In this document: in pieces, positions 40,784-50,522 of the stretch
Position numbering within the stretch: the first letter of the stretch is position 1
Layout: each line of letters opens with the position of its first letter
DNA from: an uncultured Candidatus Saccharibacteria bacterium
GTDB lineage: Bacteria > Patescibacteriota > Dojkabacteria > JAOAGR01
NCBI GenBank assembly: GCA_964503755.1
Contig: CAZDBO010000001.1
Span: 13,933 to 77,932, forward strand
Direction of reading: 5' to 3'
DNA: 64,000 bases
Notes under the pieces: generated by a model
Told to the model about the DNA's origin: nothing
Seen by the model: only the letters and a program-made list of their open reading frames with translations
The model's database searches: none
Position numbers and translations under genes: made by a program

Positions 40784-43700
40784 ATCTTTTTAATATTACA
40801 TTTAAGCAAATTTAAAAATTTACGTTTGAGTATTGATAGTATTATACTCAAGTTATCTTTCAGCCTCATATTCATTAGGTAGTTTTTAACATTATATTTT
40901 TCTACAACTTTATTGTATATACTACTTATACTATACAATAAATTTGTATAACCTGACTCTAGCTGTTGATTTTTATGTATAACTTTAAAAAATTCTGTTT
41001 CAAGTTTTTGATAAGCTTCGGCAGTTTTTACAATTTCTATTTCTAGATTACGGTAATTATTGATGGATTTAAAAAACTCTGTTTCAAGATTTTTATAATC
41101 ATCTGCTGCTTTTAGATAGGCATGATGTAATGACCAATATTTATTTTTTGTTTCTTTTAAGTCTTGTAATAATCCAATTAAGATAAAAGCATCAAATTTA
41201 TTTAAAAATAAAGCGTTTCTAGCCAATCTTTTTAAGCCAAAATATGGAGGATACGTTCTAAGCATACTGTTTTGACGTATTCGATAGTGATATAAATAAG
41301 TTGGTATTATACCTATATTAATACCATTAAATTTTAATTTGATGTTATATGCCCAATCCTCAAATTTAGATTTGTCTGTATCATCATACAAAATATTATT
41401 CTCTCTAATAACCTGTGTTTTTATACATAAGAACGATGAAGAAGATATATTATCTCCTAGACCTATCATATTGTCATGTAAAATTGGTAAATATCCGCCA
41501 TTTAATAAATCAAACTTTTCATAACTATAATTATCATAGAAGTATTTTAGGTAGGTTGTAACGACATGATATTCTTGGTTTGTTTCTAAAAACTTAATCA
41601 TGTAATAAATGGTTTCTGAAAATACAACATCATCAGAATCTAAAAATATTGTATATTTTGTTGTTGAGGTTTTTATACCAGTATTTCGTGCTCCTGCAAG
41701 ACCTTTATTTTCTTGATATATTATTTTATAAGGTACTTTTATATGTTGGTTGATACATTCTTCTAGTTTTTTAGAATAAATTTCTTCTGAACCATCATTT
41801 ACAAATATTACTTCTTTGGGTAAATACCCTGATCGATTTATACTTATGCATAATTCTCTAATTTGGTTTAGGTCAGTATTATAAACAGGTACAACTACGC
41901 TTACTAAGTCTTTTTCTATTTTTGAGGTCGAGTGAGATTTCTTGTAGTATTCAGTGTATTTTTGAGATTGAAATTCAACAAATACTTTATTATTTTTCTC
42001 TTGTTTGTCTATAAAATTATTTCTTAGATTGTTAACAAGATTAGATATATTTTCGTTACCTTGCGAAATAAAATTTATTAGTTTTTCATAAAGAGCTCTT
42101 GTATTTGGTTCTGAAATTATATATGAGTGGAATTCTTCGGGTATTATTTCGGGTATACCACCAGTATTATAAGCCAAAAAAGGTGCTCCTAATTCGATTA
42201 ATTCTAATACTACATAAGGATAATTGTCACCTTTGTAAGGTAATAGGCATACACTATTATTTTTAATTTTTTTGATAGTCTCTATTAATTTAGTATTATT
42301 AAGCTTTTTTTCGATTATTTTTATCCCTTTGTTTGATATTTTGTTTTTCAATGCCAATGTTTCCTCGGTATCCTCACCACTAGTTGAAAATATAAATATT
42401 TTTTTTATTTGTTTATTTTCTTTAGAAAAAGTATACTTATCAGTTAGATTGTGGATTATTTCGAGGAAGTCTTTATATCCTTTCATCACACTTTTTTTTC
42501 CAACAAAAAAAATATTTTTTAGTCCTTCAAAATCTGTTTGATAGTAGTCTTTAGAAACTATATAAGGGTTACGTAGAATATGATTGTTTTTTTCTAATTT
42601 ATAGCCATAATCTAAATATAAATTTTTTAAATAATTACTAATTAATGTAGTTATATTTGCATTTTCTATAGTGTATTTTTCAGTTAGTATATTATACCTA
42701 TTTTCATAGGTTGGGGTTTGTTGATTTAAATGAGATAAGTATATATGTGACCCATGACAAACTATATTAGAAATAAATTCTGGATATAGACCGGATTTAG
42801 ATTTTTGAATTATTCTATGCCCTATGCCATTATATTCTTGGAATTCTACTAAATCAATTTTAGGATAAAAAAAGAATACCATATCCATACTTTTAGCGAA
42901 AGTTTCTCCCATTCCACCAAAATTATAATCAAGAAACTGACGTAAAGAATTCTCGGAAAAAAAATATTGAGGTAATATTATGTTGTTTTCATAGTTGAAT
43001 ACTGTATTATATGATATCTTTATGTCACCATCAAAATACACAATTAAGCAGTTATATACTTTTTGTGCATGATATACATAAGTACCTATACCTCCGGTTG
43101 GCTTGATCAGTTTATGTTCTGTTGTGCAGATACAATAGTGACCATCATAATTTGGCAAATTTGCTTTTATCAGAAACGATCTATAATATTCTTCATCACA
43201 AGAAGATGTGACAAATACGTAATCATTTTGATGTGTATTTGACGAAGATAAAAATCCTTGTTTTACATTGTTATAGCCACTAGAGTAGAGTAAATCGCAT
43301 ATCTCATCTATTTTCCATAAGCGTGTATAATCTGGATTGAATGGTAAACCATCAGTTGAAATAAGATATTTTTTATGTGCAGCATTTGGTGTGAGAAAAA
43401 AAGTATTAGTTCCTTTTGATTTAATGTACTCTCTAACATTTCTCAGTACTGGTCTTATTTCTGAAAGATGTTCTAAGCATTCGATAACTAGCACGTGATA
43501 ATCATTTAGATTTGAAATCTCATCAAATACTTGGTCTATCTCTTGATACAGAGTTAGGTTTATATAATAAGATTTAGATTGTAAATTTTCATGATGAACA
43601 GGATAATGAAAGATAAAAATAAGATTTTTTTGATCGATTATTTTATATAATGATTCTATTAAACTAATATTTTTAGCTGCAGTAATGACTATTAATTTTT

Positions 43701-43860
43701 TAATATCATTTTGTTTTAGATATTCTACAATTTGTTGAAATTGATTATCAGATTCGATATGAAGATTATTTGACATTCGGATAGCGCTTGATGAACCGAA
43801 ATTATTTTCAAATGTGGGAATTGATAAGTTTACTCTTGGATTGTAATTAAAAATTTCCAT
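40756..43860 (-). CDS. Multidomain glycosyltransferase (two GT4-like domains plus a GT2 domain) with C-terminal coiled-coil repeats
   Basis: GT4 signature ...LIELGAPFLAYNTGGIPEII. GT2 signature VSVVVPVYNTD...FVNDGS...DSDD. C-terminal repeats NLETEFFKSINNYRNLEIE / KLETEFFKV. Confidence 0.7.
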   Translation of the reverse strand: MEIFNYNPRVNLSIPTFENNFGSSSAIRMSNNLHIESDNQFQQIVEYLKQNDIKKLIVITAAKNISLIESLYKIIDQKNLIFIFHYPVHHENLQSKSYYINLTLYQEIDQVFDEISNLNDYHVLVIECLEHLSEIRPVLRNVREYIKSKGTNTFFLTPNAAHKKYLISTDGLPFNPDYTRLWKIDEICDLLYSSGYNNVKQGFLSSSNTHQNDYVFVTSSCDEEYYRSFLIKANLPNYDGHYCICTTEHKLIKPTGGIGTYVYHAQKVYNCLIVYFDGDIKISYNTVFNYENNIILPQYFFSENSLRQFLDYNFGGMGETFAKSMDMVFFFYPKIDLVEFQEYNGIGHRIIQKSKSGLYPEFISNIVCHGSHIYLSHLNQQTPTYENRYNILTEKYTIENANITTLISNYLKNLYLDYGYKLEKNNHILRNPYIVSKDYYQTDFEGLKNIFFVGKKSVMKGYKDFLEIIHNLTDKYTFSKENKQIKKIFIFSTSGEDTEETLALKNKISNKGIKIIEKKLNNTKLIETIKKIKNNSVCLLPYKGDNYPYVVLELIELGAPFLAYNTGGIPEIIPEEFHSYIISEPNTRALYEKLINFISQGNENISNLVNNLRNNFIDKQEKNNKVFVEFQSQKYTEYYKKSHSTSKIEKDLVSVVVPVYNTDLNQIRELCISINRSGYLPKEVIFVNDGSEEIYSKKLEECINQHIKVPYKIIYQENKGLAGARNTGIKTSTTKYTIFLDSDDVVFSETIYYMIKFLETNQEYHVVTTYLKYFYDNYSYEKFDLLNGGYLPILHDNMIGLGDNISSSSFLCIKTQVIRENNILYDDTDKSKFEDWAYNIKLKFNGINIGIIPTYLYHYRIRQNSMLRTYPPYFGLKRLARNALFLNKFDAFILIGLLQDLKETKNKYWSLHHAYLKAADDYKNLETEFFKSINNYRNLEIEIVKTAEAYQKLETEFFKVIHKNQQLESGYTNLLYSISSIYNKVVEKYNVKNYLMNMRLKDNLSIILSILKRKFLNLLKCNIKKIYALIRLKR

Positions 43861-43977
43861 ATGTAAAGCTTACAAATTATATAATATATTACAAATAAAA
43901 GTTAGCTTATTGAAATTCTAGAAAATTGTAAGTAACAGTCTAGAGATTATAAAGTTAAATACATTATAAGAATCTCT

Positions 43978-44913
43978 TTAGTGGAACAATCTAATCAAGC
44001 GACTTTTTAATTTGGTTTGTATTTCTTCAAATATTTTATTTGAACCGAACATTTTTAGTCCCTCTTCTTGTACCGCACGCCCATAAGAATAGGTTAAATT
44101 ATATCTAGATTTTTTATGCTTTATTAGTTTATAAAGATTGGTGGCTGTTTCTGGATCTAAACCACCAGAAAGAAACGCTAGGTTAATTAAAGAATTAGGT
44201 AGTGTTTCATCAAATAGCTTAAGTGTAGTATTGACTATGTGATCATTAGAATATTTATCTAGATTTGGTTTGCTAGGTAATACATAGTTTATTTTGAGAA
44301 TTATATTTTCGAAAGGTACATGCATTGAAATAAAAATTTTTTTCATCTGTATTAGAATTTGGTTCATTGTATGATAGCTATAATCAATATCATGATCACC
44401 TTCTAAAACTAATGTTTCCGGCTCTACCATAGGAATAATCCTATTTTTAAGGCAAATAAGAGAGTAAATAGCTAATTGATAAATATTTAGTTCTATATTT
44501 GAATCATCAAGATCTTCTATAGAAAATACAGCTCTCCATTTTGCAAATTTACAACCTAGACTATAGTATTCTTGGATTCTACTATCTAAATCATCAAGAC
44601 CTAGTGTGATTATTTTTTTGTTTTCATATTCATAGATTCCTTTATCAACTTTTATTCCAATATGGATTCCCTTTTTTGTTAATGAACTAATGATTCCTTC
44701 TTCATACAAAAATCTAAATGTTTCATCATATAAAATAACTCCGCTTATATAATTTTCTAGATTAGGAATTGTTAGAATAATTTTACGCCATAAATTTCGA
44801 TTCTCTAGATTTGGTTCGATACCATGAGCTTCAAGACGTTTGTTCATAGTATTACTACTCTCATCCAGAGCTATTATTCCTTTTGAAATAATTTTTTGTA
44901 GATTTTCTTCCAT
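43978..44913 (-). CDS. Fructose-bisphosphate aldolase, class I (glycolytic type)
   Basis: GIIALDESSNTMNKRLEAHGI...NRNLWRKIILT...GVILYDETF matches class I FBA N-terminal signature (GILAADES...). Confidence 0.75.
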   Translation of the reverse strand: MEENLQKIISKGIIALDESSNTMNKRLEAHGIEPNLENRNLWRKIILTIPNLENYISGVILYDETFRFLYEEGIISSLTKKGIHIGIKVDKGIYEYENKKIITLGLDDLDSRIQEYYSLGCKFAKWRAVFSIEDLDDSNIELNIYQLAIYSLICLKNRIIPMVEPETLVLEGDHDIDYSYHTMNQILIQMKKIFISMHVPFENIILKINYVLPSKPNLDKYSNDHIVNTTLKLFDETLPNSLINLAFLSGGLDPETATNLYKLIKHKKSRYNLTYSYGRAVQEEGLKMFGSNKIFEEIQTKLKSRLIRLFH

Positions 44914-44915
44914 AG

Positions 44916-45863
44916 TTATATATCAATTTCTAATGCATCAAGATCTCTAAATACTGCTAATTCTTTAATTAAATATCTAAAATCATCTAGAGATATGTGC
45001 TGATCAGTATCAGTTTTTGATGTACCAACTTCGATTAGTACGCCGTCATACAGATATTCATCATCAGAGATTTTTATTTGCATCGCACTTATGGTTTCTT
45101 CAACTATCTTATCTCTCAGTTTTGGACCGCAAGTATGACTAGGATCAAAAAACATCATAGTACCAGTAGATTTTTTCACTCTTGCTGCAGTTTTGTGGAT
45201 TGGATAATTTCTATAATTTCCTTTTTCCGGTACATCAACTCCTCTTTGGATATATACCGTTTTTGCTGGATGATTAGCATATGTGGCTAAACCTTTCCAT
45301 GTTTTTTCAAGGCTTGTTTCTCCTTGATAATCGTCAGATTCTGCTAGTTCTAATTTTTCTCCTAGCCATTTACCGTTTTTAAGACCTATCCACCAATCGT
45401 GTTTTCTTGCAAATTCACCCATGATTGCTATTGGCCAACCTAATTGATTTACTGCTGGATTCCATATAAATAGTCTTCCGTCAAATCCGTCCATGTATTT
45501 TCGCAATTGCATGATTGGGTCAATAACTTCAAAAGCTATCATTACGTGAGTTGTTTTAAGTAATTCTACAAAATATGAAATAGTCTTGGGTTCTATAAAA
45601 AATTCATATTCCACACCAAATTTGATAGAAAAATAATCAGTGATATATTTACGCATTTCATTAAAGTAATCTAAATCAACTCCCATTTTATTTTTATCAT
45701 CTTCATAATTAGTTCTAGATTTTAATCCTACTACCCTTATTCCCCATACTGCTTTATTGGGCCCGACTTGCATATGTGCTATTCTACGTATTTCTTCCAT
45801 GTTTTTCGAGTCCACAGAACATGGCCCTGCTATTATTTTTAATTTTTTATTTTTCATAATCAT
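44916..45863 (-). CDS. DAHP synthase / KDO8P synthase family enzyme (class I-beta-like), divergent
   Basis: KIIAGPCSVDS, VYIQRGVD, FFDPSHTCG and GVLIEVGTSKTD correspond to AGPCSVES, CERG, DPSH and G-x-M-IEVH motifs of the DAHP_synth_1 family. Confidence 0.6.
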   Translation of the reverse strand: MIMKNKKLKIIAGPCSVDSKNMEEIRRIAHMQVGPNKAVWGIRVVGLKSRTNYEDDKNKMGVDLDYFNEMRKYITDYFSIKFGVEYEFFIEPKTISYFVELLKTTHVMIAFEVIDPIMQLRKYMDGFDGRLFIWNPAVNQLGWPIAIMGEFARKHDWWIGLKNGKWLGEKLELAESDDYQGETSLEKTWKGLATYANHPAKTVYIQRGVDVPEKGNYRNYPIHKTAARVKKSTGTMMFFDPSHTCGPKLRDKIVEETISAMQIKISDDEYLYDGVLIEVGTSKTDTDQHISLDDFRYLIKELAVFRDLDALEIDI

Positions 45864-46819
45864 ATTTTTAATTTTGATAAAACATCTTCTTTATTGTAAT
45901 AGTTTTTGTCTATACTTGCAGTCTTGATCTCTTCTAATGATGGTATAGCAGTTATGTTTCCTATTCTTGCACATTGTAAAGCTGCTACTTTATTAGCAAA
46001 ATCGACTGCTTCATACAGACTCATTCCTTCGATGAGAGCATAACCAAAGGCGGCTCTAAAAATATCGCCAGCACCACAAGTATCTATACATCTATCAATT
46101 TTGTAACTTGGGTATAAAGTGATTTTTTGTTTTTCGACAATTAAAGATCCATATTCACCTAATGTGACAATATATCCTTTATTTAAATATTCATAAAATT
46201 TTATAATCATTTGATCGAGTGAAAGATCTGTTCCTTTGTGTAAATTGGCAACAAATTCCCAAGGTACAATAGGAAAATTTATTTGAGAAAGTATTTTGAT
46301 ATTAAGTTCAGATGTATCTGTGGACGGATCAAATATAAAAATAGTATCTTTCCTTTTATTTTCATTAATATATTCAAATAAATAATTATGATGGCGATCC
46401 AGGTAAATAATATCAGCAGCTTGGATAGTTTTTAGTACCTTTTGACTTATATTTAGTTTTGGTTTGTTTACTTTGTCACGAATTATTGTTCGACGACCAT
46501 TTTTTAGTTCTACGATGACATGATTTTTTGGTGTTTTTTCAGTTTTTGTGAAGATTAAATTAATATTTTTTTTGTTTAAATAATCAGCAATAAATTCACC
46601 TTCAGAGTCTTTGCCAATAGAAGAAAAAAAAGTTATATCATAACCCATATAACTCCAATACACAGCTCCTGCACAAGAAGGTCCACCAATTGATATCATA
46701 TGATCCGATTTCTCAATTTTCTGACTAAGTATAATTTCATCAGAAATCAATATAATTTCATCCAAGACCACTTCTCCAATTGCTATTGCTTTTTTCTTGT
46801 TTAATTTTTGTTTTTTCAT
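45860..46819 (-). CDS. PfkB-family carbohydrate kinase
   Basis: C-terminal DTCGAGDIFRAAFGYAL (PfkB signature 2) and N-terminal GG motifs. Confidence 0.75.
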   Translation of the reverse strand: MKKQKLNKKKAIAIGEVVLDEIILISDEIILSQKIEKSDHMISIGGPSCAGAVYWSYMGYDITFFSSIGKDSEGEFIADYLNKKNINLIFTKTEKTPKNHVIVELKNGRRTIIRDKVNKPKLNISQKVLKTIQAADIIYLDRHHNYLFEYINENKRKDTIFIFDPSTDTSELNIKILSQINFPIVPWEFVANLHKGTDLSLDQMIIKFYEYLNKGYIVTLGEYGSLIVEKQKITLYPSYKIDRCIDTCGAGDIFRAAFGYALIEGMSLYEAVDFANKVAALQCARIGNITAIPSLEEIKTASIDKNYYNKEDVLSKLKI

Positions 46820-46835
46820 AATTTCTTATACAAAT

Positions 46836-46859
46836 AAAAAACCCGCCCTTTTGGGCGGG
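46836..46859 (-). terminator. Rho-independent terminator-like hairpin (CCCGCCC-AAAA-GGGCGGG plus U-run on minus strand)
   Basis: On the minus strand the perfect 7-bp GC stem at 46842-46859 is followed by TTTTTT (forward A-run 46836-46841). It lies just upstream of the kinase start at 46819. Confidence 0.6.
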
Positions 46860-47013
46860 TAGCGTGTTTAACTACTATAAGACTACACTACCCGCACGGG
46901 CGGAAAAAATAAAATCCAAAAAAGAAAAAATTTTTTACTAAATTATACATCACCATTAATATTATAAATGAGCGGATGAATTATGTCCATAATTGGAAAA
47001 TGCTTTAATTTAC

Positions 47014-47786
47014 TTATGTAGCTGGATCAAGTGTATAGCTTGACCAAAAATCTGATATTCTTCCATATCGTTTTGATAATTCATCTAAAACTCCTTTCAT
47101 TTCCGATATATTTAAAATTTGAGATTGATTGTTCATATCAGTTATACGTTTTTGTATGTGACGAAAGAATTCTCTTTGGAAATCTTTAAAATCATCATTA
47201 AACTTTTTATCTAACTCTTTGGAATATAACTGTGCCACATGAACAAGAGTTTGTGAGTTAGTATTTGTATCAAGTGAAAAAGCATAAACACCTAAATCAG
47301 CTAGTCCGACACATAACATTATCAATAAGGTATTTTTGTCATCTAATAAATCTAACTTTTGTAAAGTATTGTTTCGTTCTTCTTCAATCATAAAATCTTG
47401 GTATGGTTTTTCACCTTCTTTAAAGACAAATCTAGTACCTAAGATTGCTGCTTGGATGTGATTTGCATAATCCGTTAAACCATTTTTACCAGCAAACTCA
47501 TTAGCTTTTTCAGCACTATTTTCTTCATTTTTTTTATCCCCTGAAACAAAAACGAAGTCATGAAATGCCGCTGCTACTGCTATAGCTTTTAATACGTCTA
47601 AATTATTGATACCAAAGTTTTTGCAATATGTAGTGCTACTGCAGTAATTGCCATACAATGTTCTCGATTATGATATTGTAACTTCGGAAAATCTTCTTTA
47701 TGAGTGGAAAATATATTCGATAAAATTTCATTAATGCTTTCACCTGTTTTTGGATTTTCAAATAGTATAGAAACATAACTTGTCAA
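47014..47786 (-). pseudogene. HD-domain phosphohydrolase, split by a 1-nt frameshift
   Basis: ORF 47598-47786 ends ...REHCMAITAVALHIAKTL, and ORF 47014-47658 continues ...GINNLDVLKAIAVAAAFHDFVF (H...HD motif) in the +1 frame. The junction is a GG/GGG run near 47615. Confidence 0.6.
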
Positions 47787-47958
47787 TAATTCTAAATTTG
47801 AATCTTGGTTTGGTTGTTCTTGTCCTTGTGTTTGTTCAGTTGGTCTTCTGTTTGAGCAATCTCTCTCGTTTATACCAGGGCGAAATAGTCCCTTTAAAAA
47901 TTGATAAAGATGTTGATTATTAGGCTCTGGGGTATGTTATGATGTGGTCATATACTAA

Positions 47959-48771
47959 TCATAGTTTATTTAATAACTCTAATTTTCTCTTATTTTTTAA
48001 TTTCTTGAATTTATAATTTTGTTCTAATGTAAATTTGTTGATAGTTTCTTTTATTATTTCTAATTCTGTCTTTGATAAATTCTTTCCTTCAAGTATATGC
48101 ACTGTAAACGATTTCCAAGTAATAGGTACTAGTTCTTTTAAAATTTGTGCAATAGCTAGTGCATATTCTCTGATTTCTTCTTGAGCGTGTGAGTCAATTC
48201 TTAACTTAATAAAATGGAAAAGATTATGAAGATTTTGTTTCCAATAAAATTCTGTGTAAGTATTTAGTGGAAGTATGATACGTGCTAACTCTCTAGAGAC
48301 ACCTTTTGATAATAAAAATTTATATTTTGCATAAACTTCTTTAGTTATATCTTCTACTAATTTTATTAATTCGACATTTGTTTCTTCATCAACGTACCCT
48401 TCGGAACCTTGCTTATTTGTTTTACTTTGTTTGCGAAATTTAGTTGGGATGTAAAATTCATCTTTTAATATAGAATATCTTCCTGAAATTTCATTTACTG
48501 ATGCAGTTCTATGCCTAAACCATTGTCTTACTACAAATATTGGTGCTTTTACGTGAAATTTAAACTCAACCATTTCAAAAGGGCTCGTATGTCTATTTCT
48601 CATCAGATAATCTATCAGATCAGCATCTTTCCTTTTTGATTTTGTTCCTTTGCCATAAGATACTCTAGCGGCTTGTACTATACTTGTATCGTCACCCATA
48701 TAATCAACCAATCTGACGAAACCTTTATCTAAAACGGAAATAAAAAAGGATTTTGTTTCTTTTGCAGACAC
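47959..48771 (-). CDS. thyX: FAD-dependent thymidylate synthase ThyX
   Basis: ThyX signature RHRTASVNEISGRYS (RHRxxxxxxxS). Confidence 0.85.
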   Translation of the reverse strand: MSAKETKSFFISVLDKGFVRLVDYMGDDTSIVQAARVSYGKGTKSKRKDADLIDYLMRNRHTSPFEMVEFKFHVKAPIFVVRQWFRHRTASVNEISGRYSILKDEFYIPTKFRKQSKTNKQGSEGYVDEETNVELIKLVEDITKEVYAKYKFLLSKGVSRELARIILPLNTYTEFYWKQNLHNLFHFIKLRIDSHAQEEIREYALAIAQILKELVPITWKSFTVHILEGKNLSKTELEIIKETINKFTLEQNYKFKKLKNKRKLELLNKL

Positions 48772-48799
48772 AACTATTTTATTATAGACTAAGTCAGAT

Positions 48800-49354
48800 A
48801 TGATATTAAGTGATAAAACTATTATTCAATTATTAGATAATCATGGATTGCTAATTGATCCAATAGATAGAGATTTACAGATACAACCTTCGTCGGTTGA
48901 TCTGAGATTGGATAATGAAATATTGGTATATACAAATTATCGAATAGATGTAATTGATGTAAAAGATAAGAATTATACAGATAAAGTAGAGAAGATACTT
49001 ATTGATGATAAAGGTTATATTTTGCAACCAAAAACTTTTGTCCTTGCCACAACGGTTGAATATATAAAGCTACCTAATTATTTAACAGGATTTGTGGAGG
49101 GTAGATCCTCACTTGGTAGATTAGGACTATTTATAGAAAATGCGGGGTGGGTGGATGCTGGCTTTGAAGGGAATATTACATTAGAACTTTACAATGCAAA
49201 TACTGTACCTATACGTATATATCCTAATATGCGTATTTGCCAGATAGTAATAGCAAAGATGACAACAGACGCACTAAAACCCTACAGGGGAAAATATCAA
49301 GGACAAAGAGGGGTAACTGGTTCAATGTCTTATCTTGACAATGAAAACAAGTAA
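48800..49354 (+). CDS. dcd: dCTP deaminase
   Basis: GWVDAGFEGNITLELYN and LEGRSSLGRLG motifs of the Dcd/dUTPase superfamily. 184 aa. Confidence 0.85.
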   Translation: MILSDKTIIQLLDNHGLLIDPIDRDLQIQPSSVDLRLDNEILVYTNYRIDVIDVKDKNYTDKVEKILIDDKGYILQPKTFVLATTVEYIKLPNYLTGFVEGRSSLGRLGLFIENAGWVDAGFEGNITLELYNANTVPIRIYPNMRICQIVIAKMTTDALKPYRGKYQGQRGVTGSMSYLDNENK

Positions 49355-49576
49355 CGTATTAATTAAGATTACAAGGTGTATGAAATATTAATATTTTTAT
49401 AAGTTAAGTATGTCAGATGAGTATATTATTCATATATTAAAAAAGTATGAAGAAATTTATCCGGATGAAAATATTCTAAAAGAACTAAATCACTGAGAGA
49501 ATCTAAACAATCTTTAATCAGTAGAAAAAATTTTGTAGGGCATATCACAGTTGGTGCGTTTGTTCTTGATAGAACA

Positions 49577-49990
49577 ATGTCTAAGATATTACTTATTAAA
49601 CACAAAATATTGAACAAATATATGCAACCAGGAGGACACATAGAAAATACTGATATAAACCTAAATTCAGCAGCTAAAGGAGAATTATTTGAGGAAACTG
49701 GGGTAAATGAGGTTAAGTTATTACCATTTGATGAATCTTTGATAGACTTGCCTTTTGATATTGATATACATTCTATTCCGGAAGACGAGTTAAAAAAGGA
49801 ACCTGAACATATTCATGTGGACTTTAGGCACATTTTTGTGTTAAGAAATGAAGTAAAAGCAAATATAAATATCGAAGAGATAAGTGAATTTGTTTGGAAA
49901 GATATTTATGCGCTAGAAAAATCAGGTTTATATATAAATAGATCAATAAGAAAGATTCTTAAAATTCTAAAAAATAATTATTGCTCATAA
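49577..49990 (+). CDS. NUDIX hydrolase
   Basis: Nudix box GGHIENTDINLNSAAKGELFEETGV (GX5EX7REUXEEXGU pattern). Confidence 0.7.
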   Translation: MSKILLIKHKILNKYMQPGGHIENTDINLNSAAKGELFEETGVNEVKLLPFDESLIDLPFDIDIHSIPEDELKKEPEHIHVDFRHIFVLRNEVKANINIEEISEFVWKDIYALEKSGLYINRSIRKILKILKNNYCS

Positions 49991-50129
49991 CTCCAGAATT
50001 CTAATTGATTTATCATTATTGGTTGCGTCTTGTTTTAATGATAATTTTACTAACTATGTAGGTATCTTGCTTCGTTAATTTAAGTTTTATATTGACTAGA
50101 AAAGAAAGAAATTATAAGATAAACATATT

Positions 50130-50510
50130 ATGGATCAAAATAACATAGGACAAGATCCTCAATTCAATAATATAAATACTCCAAACAATGTACAAGCATA
50201 TCAAAATGGGCAGATGAATTATTCACAAGAAAGTAATGTGTATCAGCAGCAAAGCATACCTCAAAATACGCAGACGACACAATATCCCGGACAGAGAGAT
50301 TGGATAATCATGATCGTATTGTGGCTTTTTTTAGGTGGCATTGGAGTACACAGATTTTATACTAAGCATTACCTTATAGGTACTGTTTATCTTGTTGGTA
50401 GTTGTTTAAGTATTGGGATACTGTACTATGTTTTTTGGATTATTGATTTAATTATGATACTTATTGGGAGATATAATACAGATGCTGATGGCATACCTTT
50501 GAAAATATAA
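50130..50510 (+). CDS. TM2-domain membrane protein with Q/N-rich N-terminus
   Basis: C-terminal WLFLGGIGVHRFY...two-helix TM2 domain. N-terminal Q/N-rich segment. Confidence 0.65.
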   Translation: MDQNNIGQDPQFNNINTPNNVQAYQNGQMNYSQESNVYQQQSIPQNTQTTQYPGQRDWIIMIVLWLFLGGIGVHRFYTKHYLIGTVYLVGSCLSIGILYYVFWIIDLIMILIGRYNTDADGIPLKI

Positions 50511-50522
50511 AGTTAAATTTAT

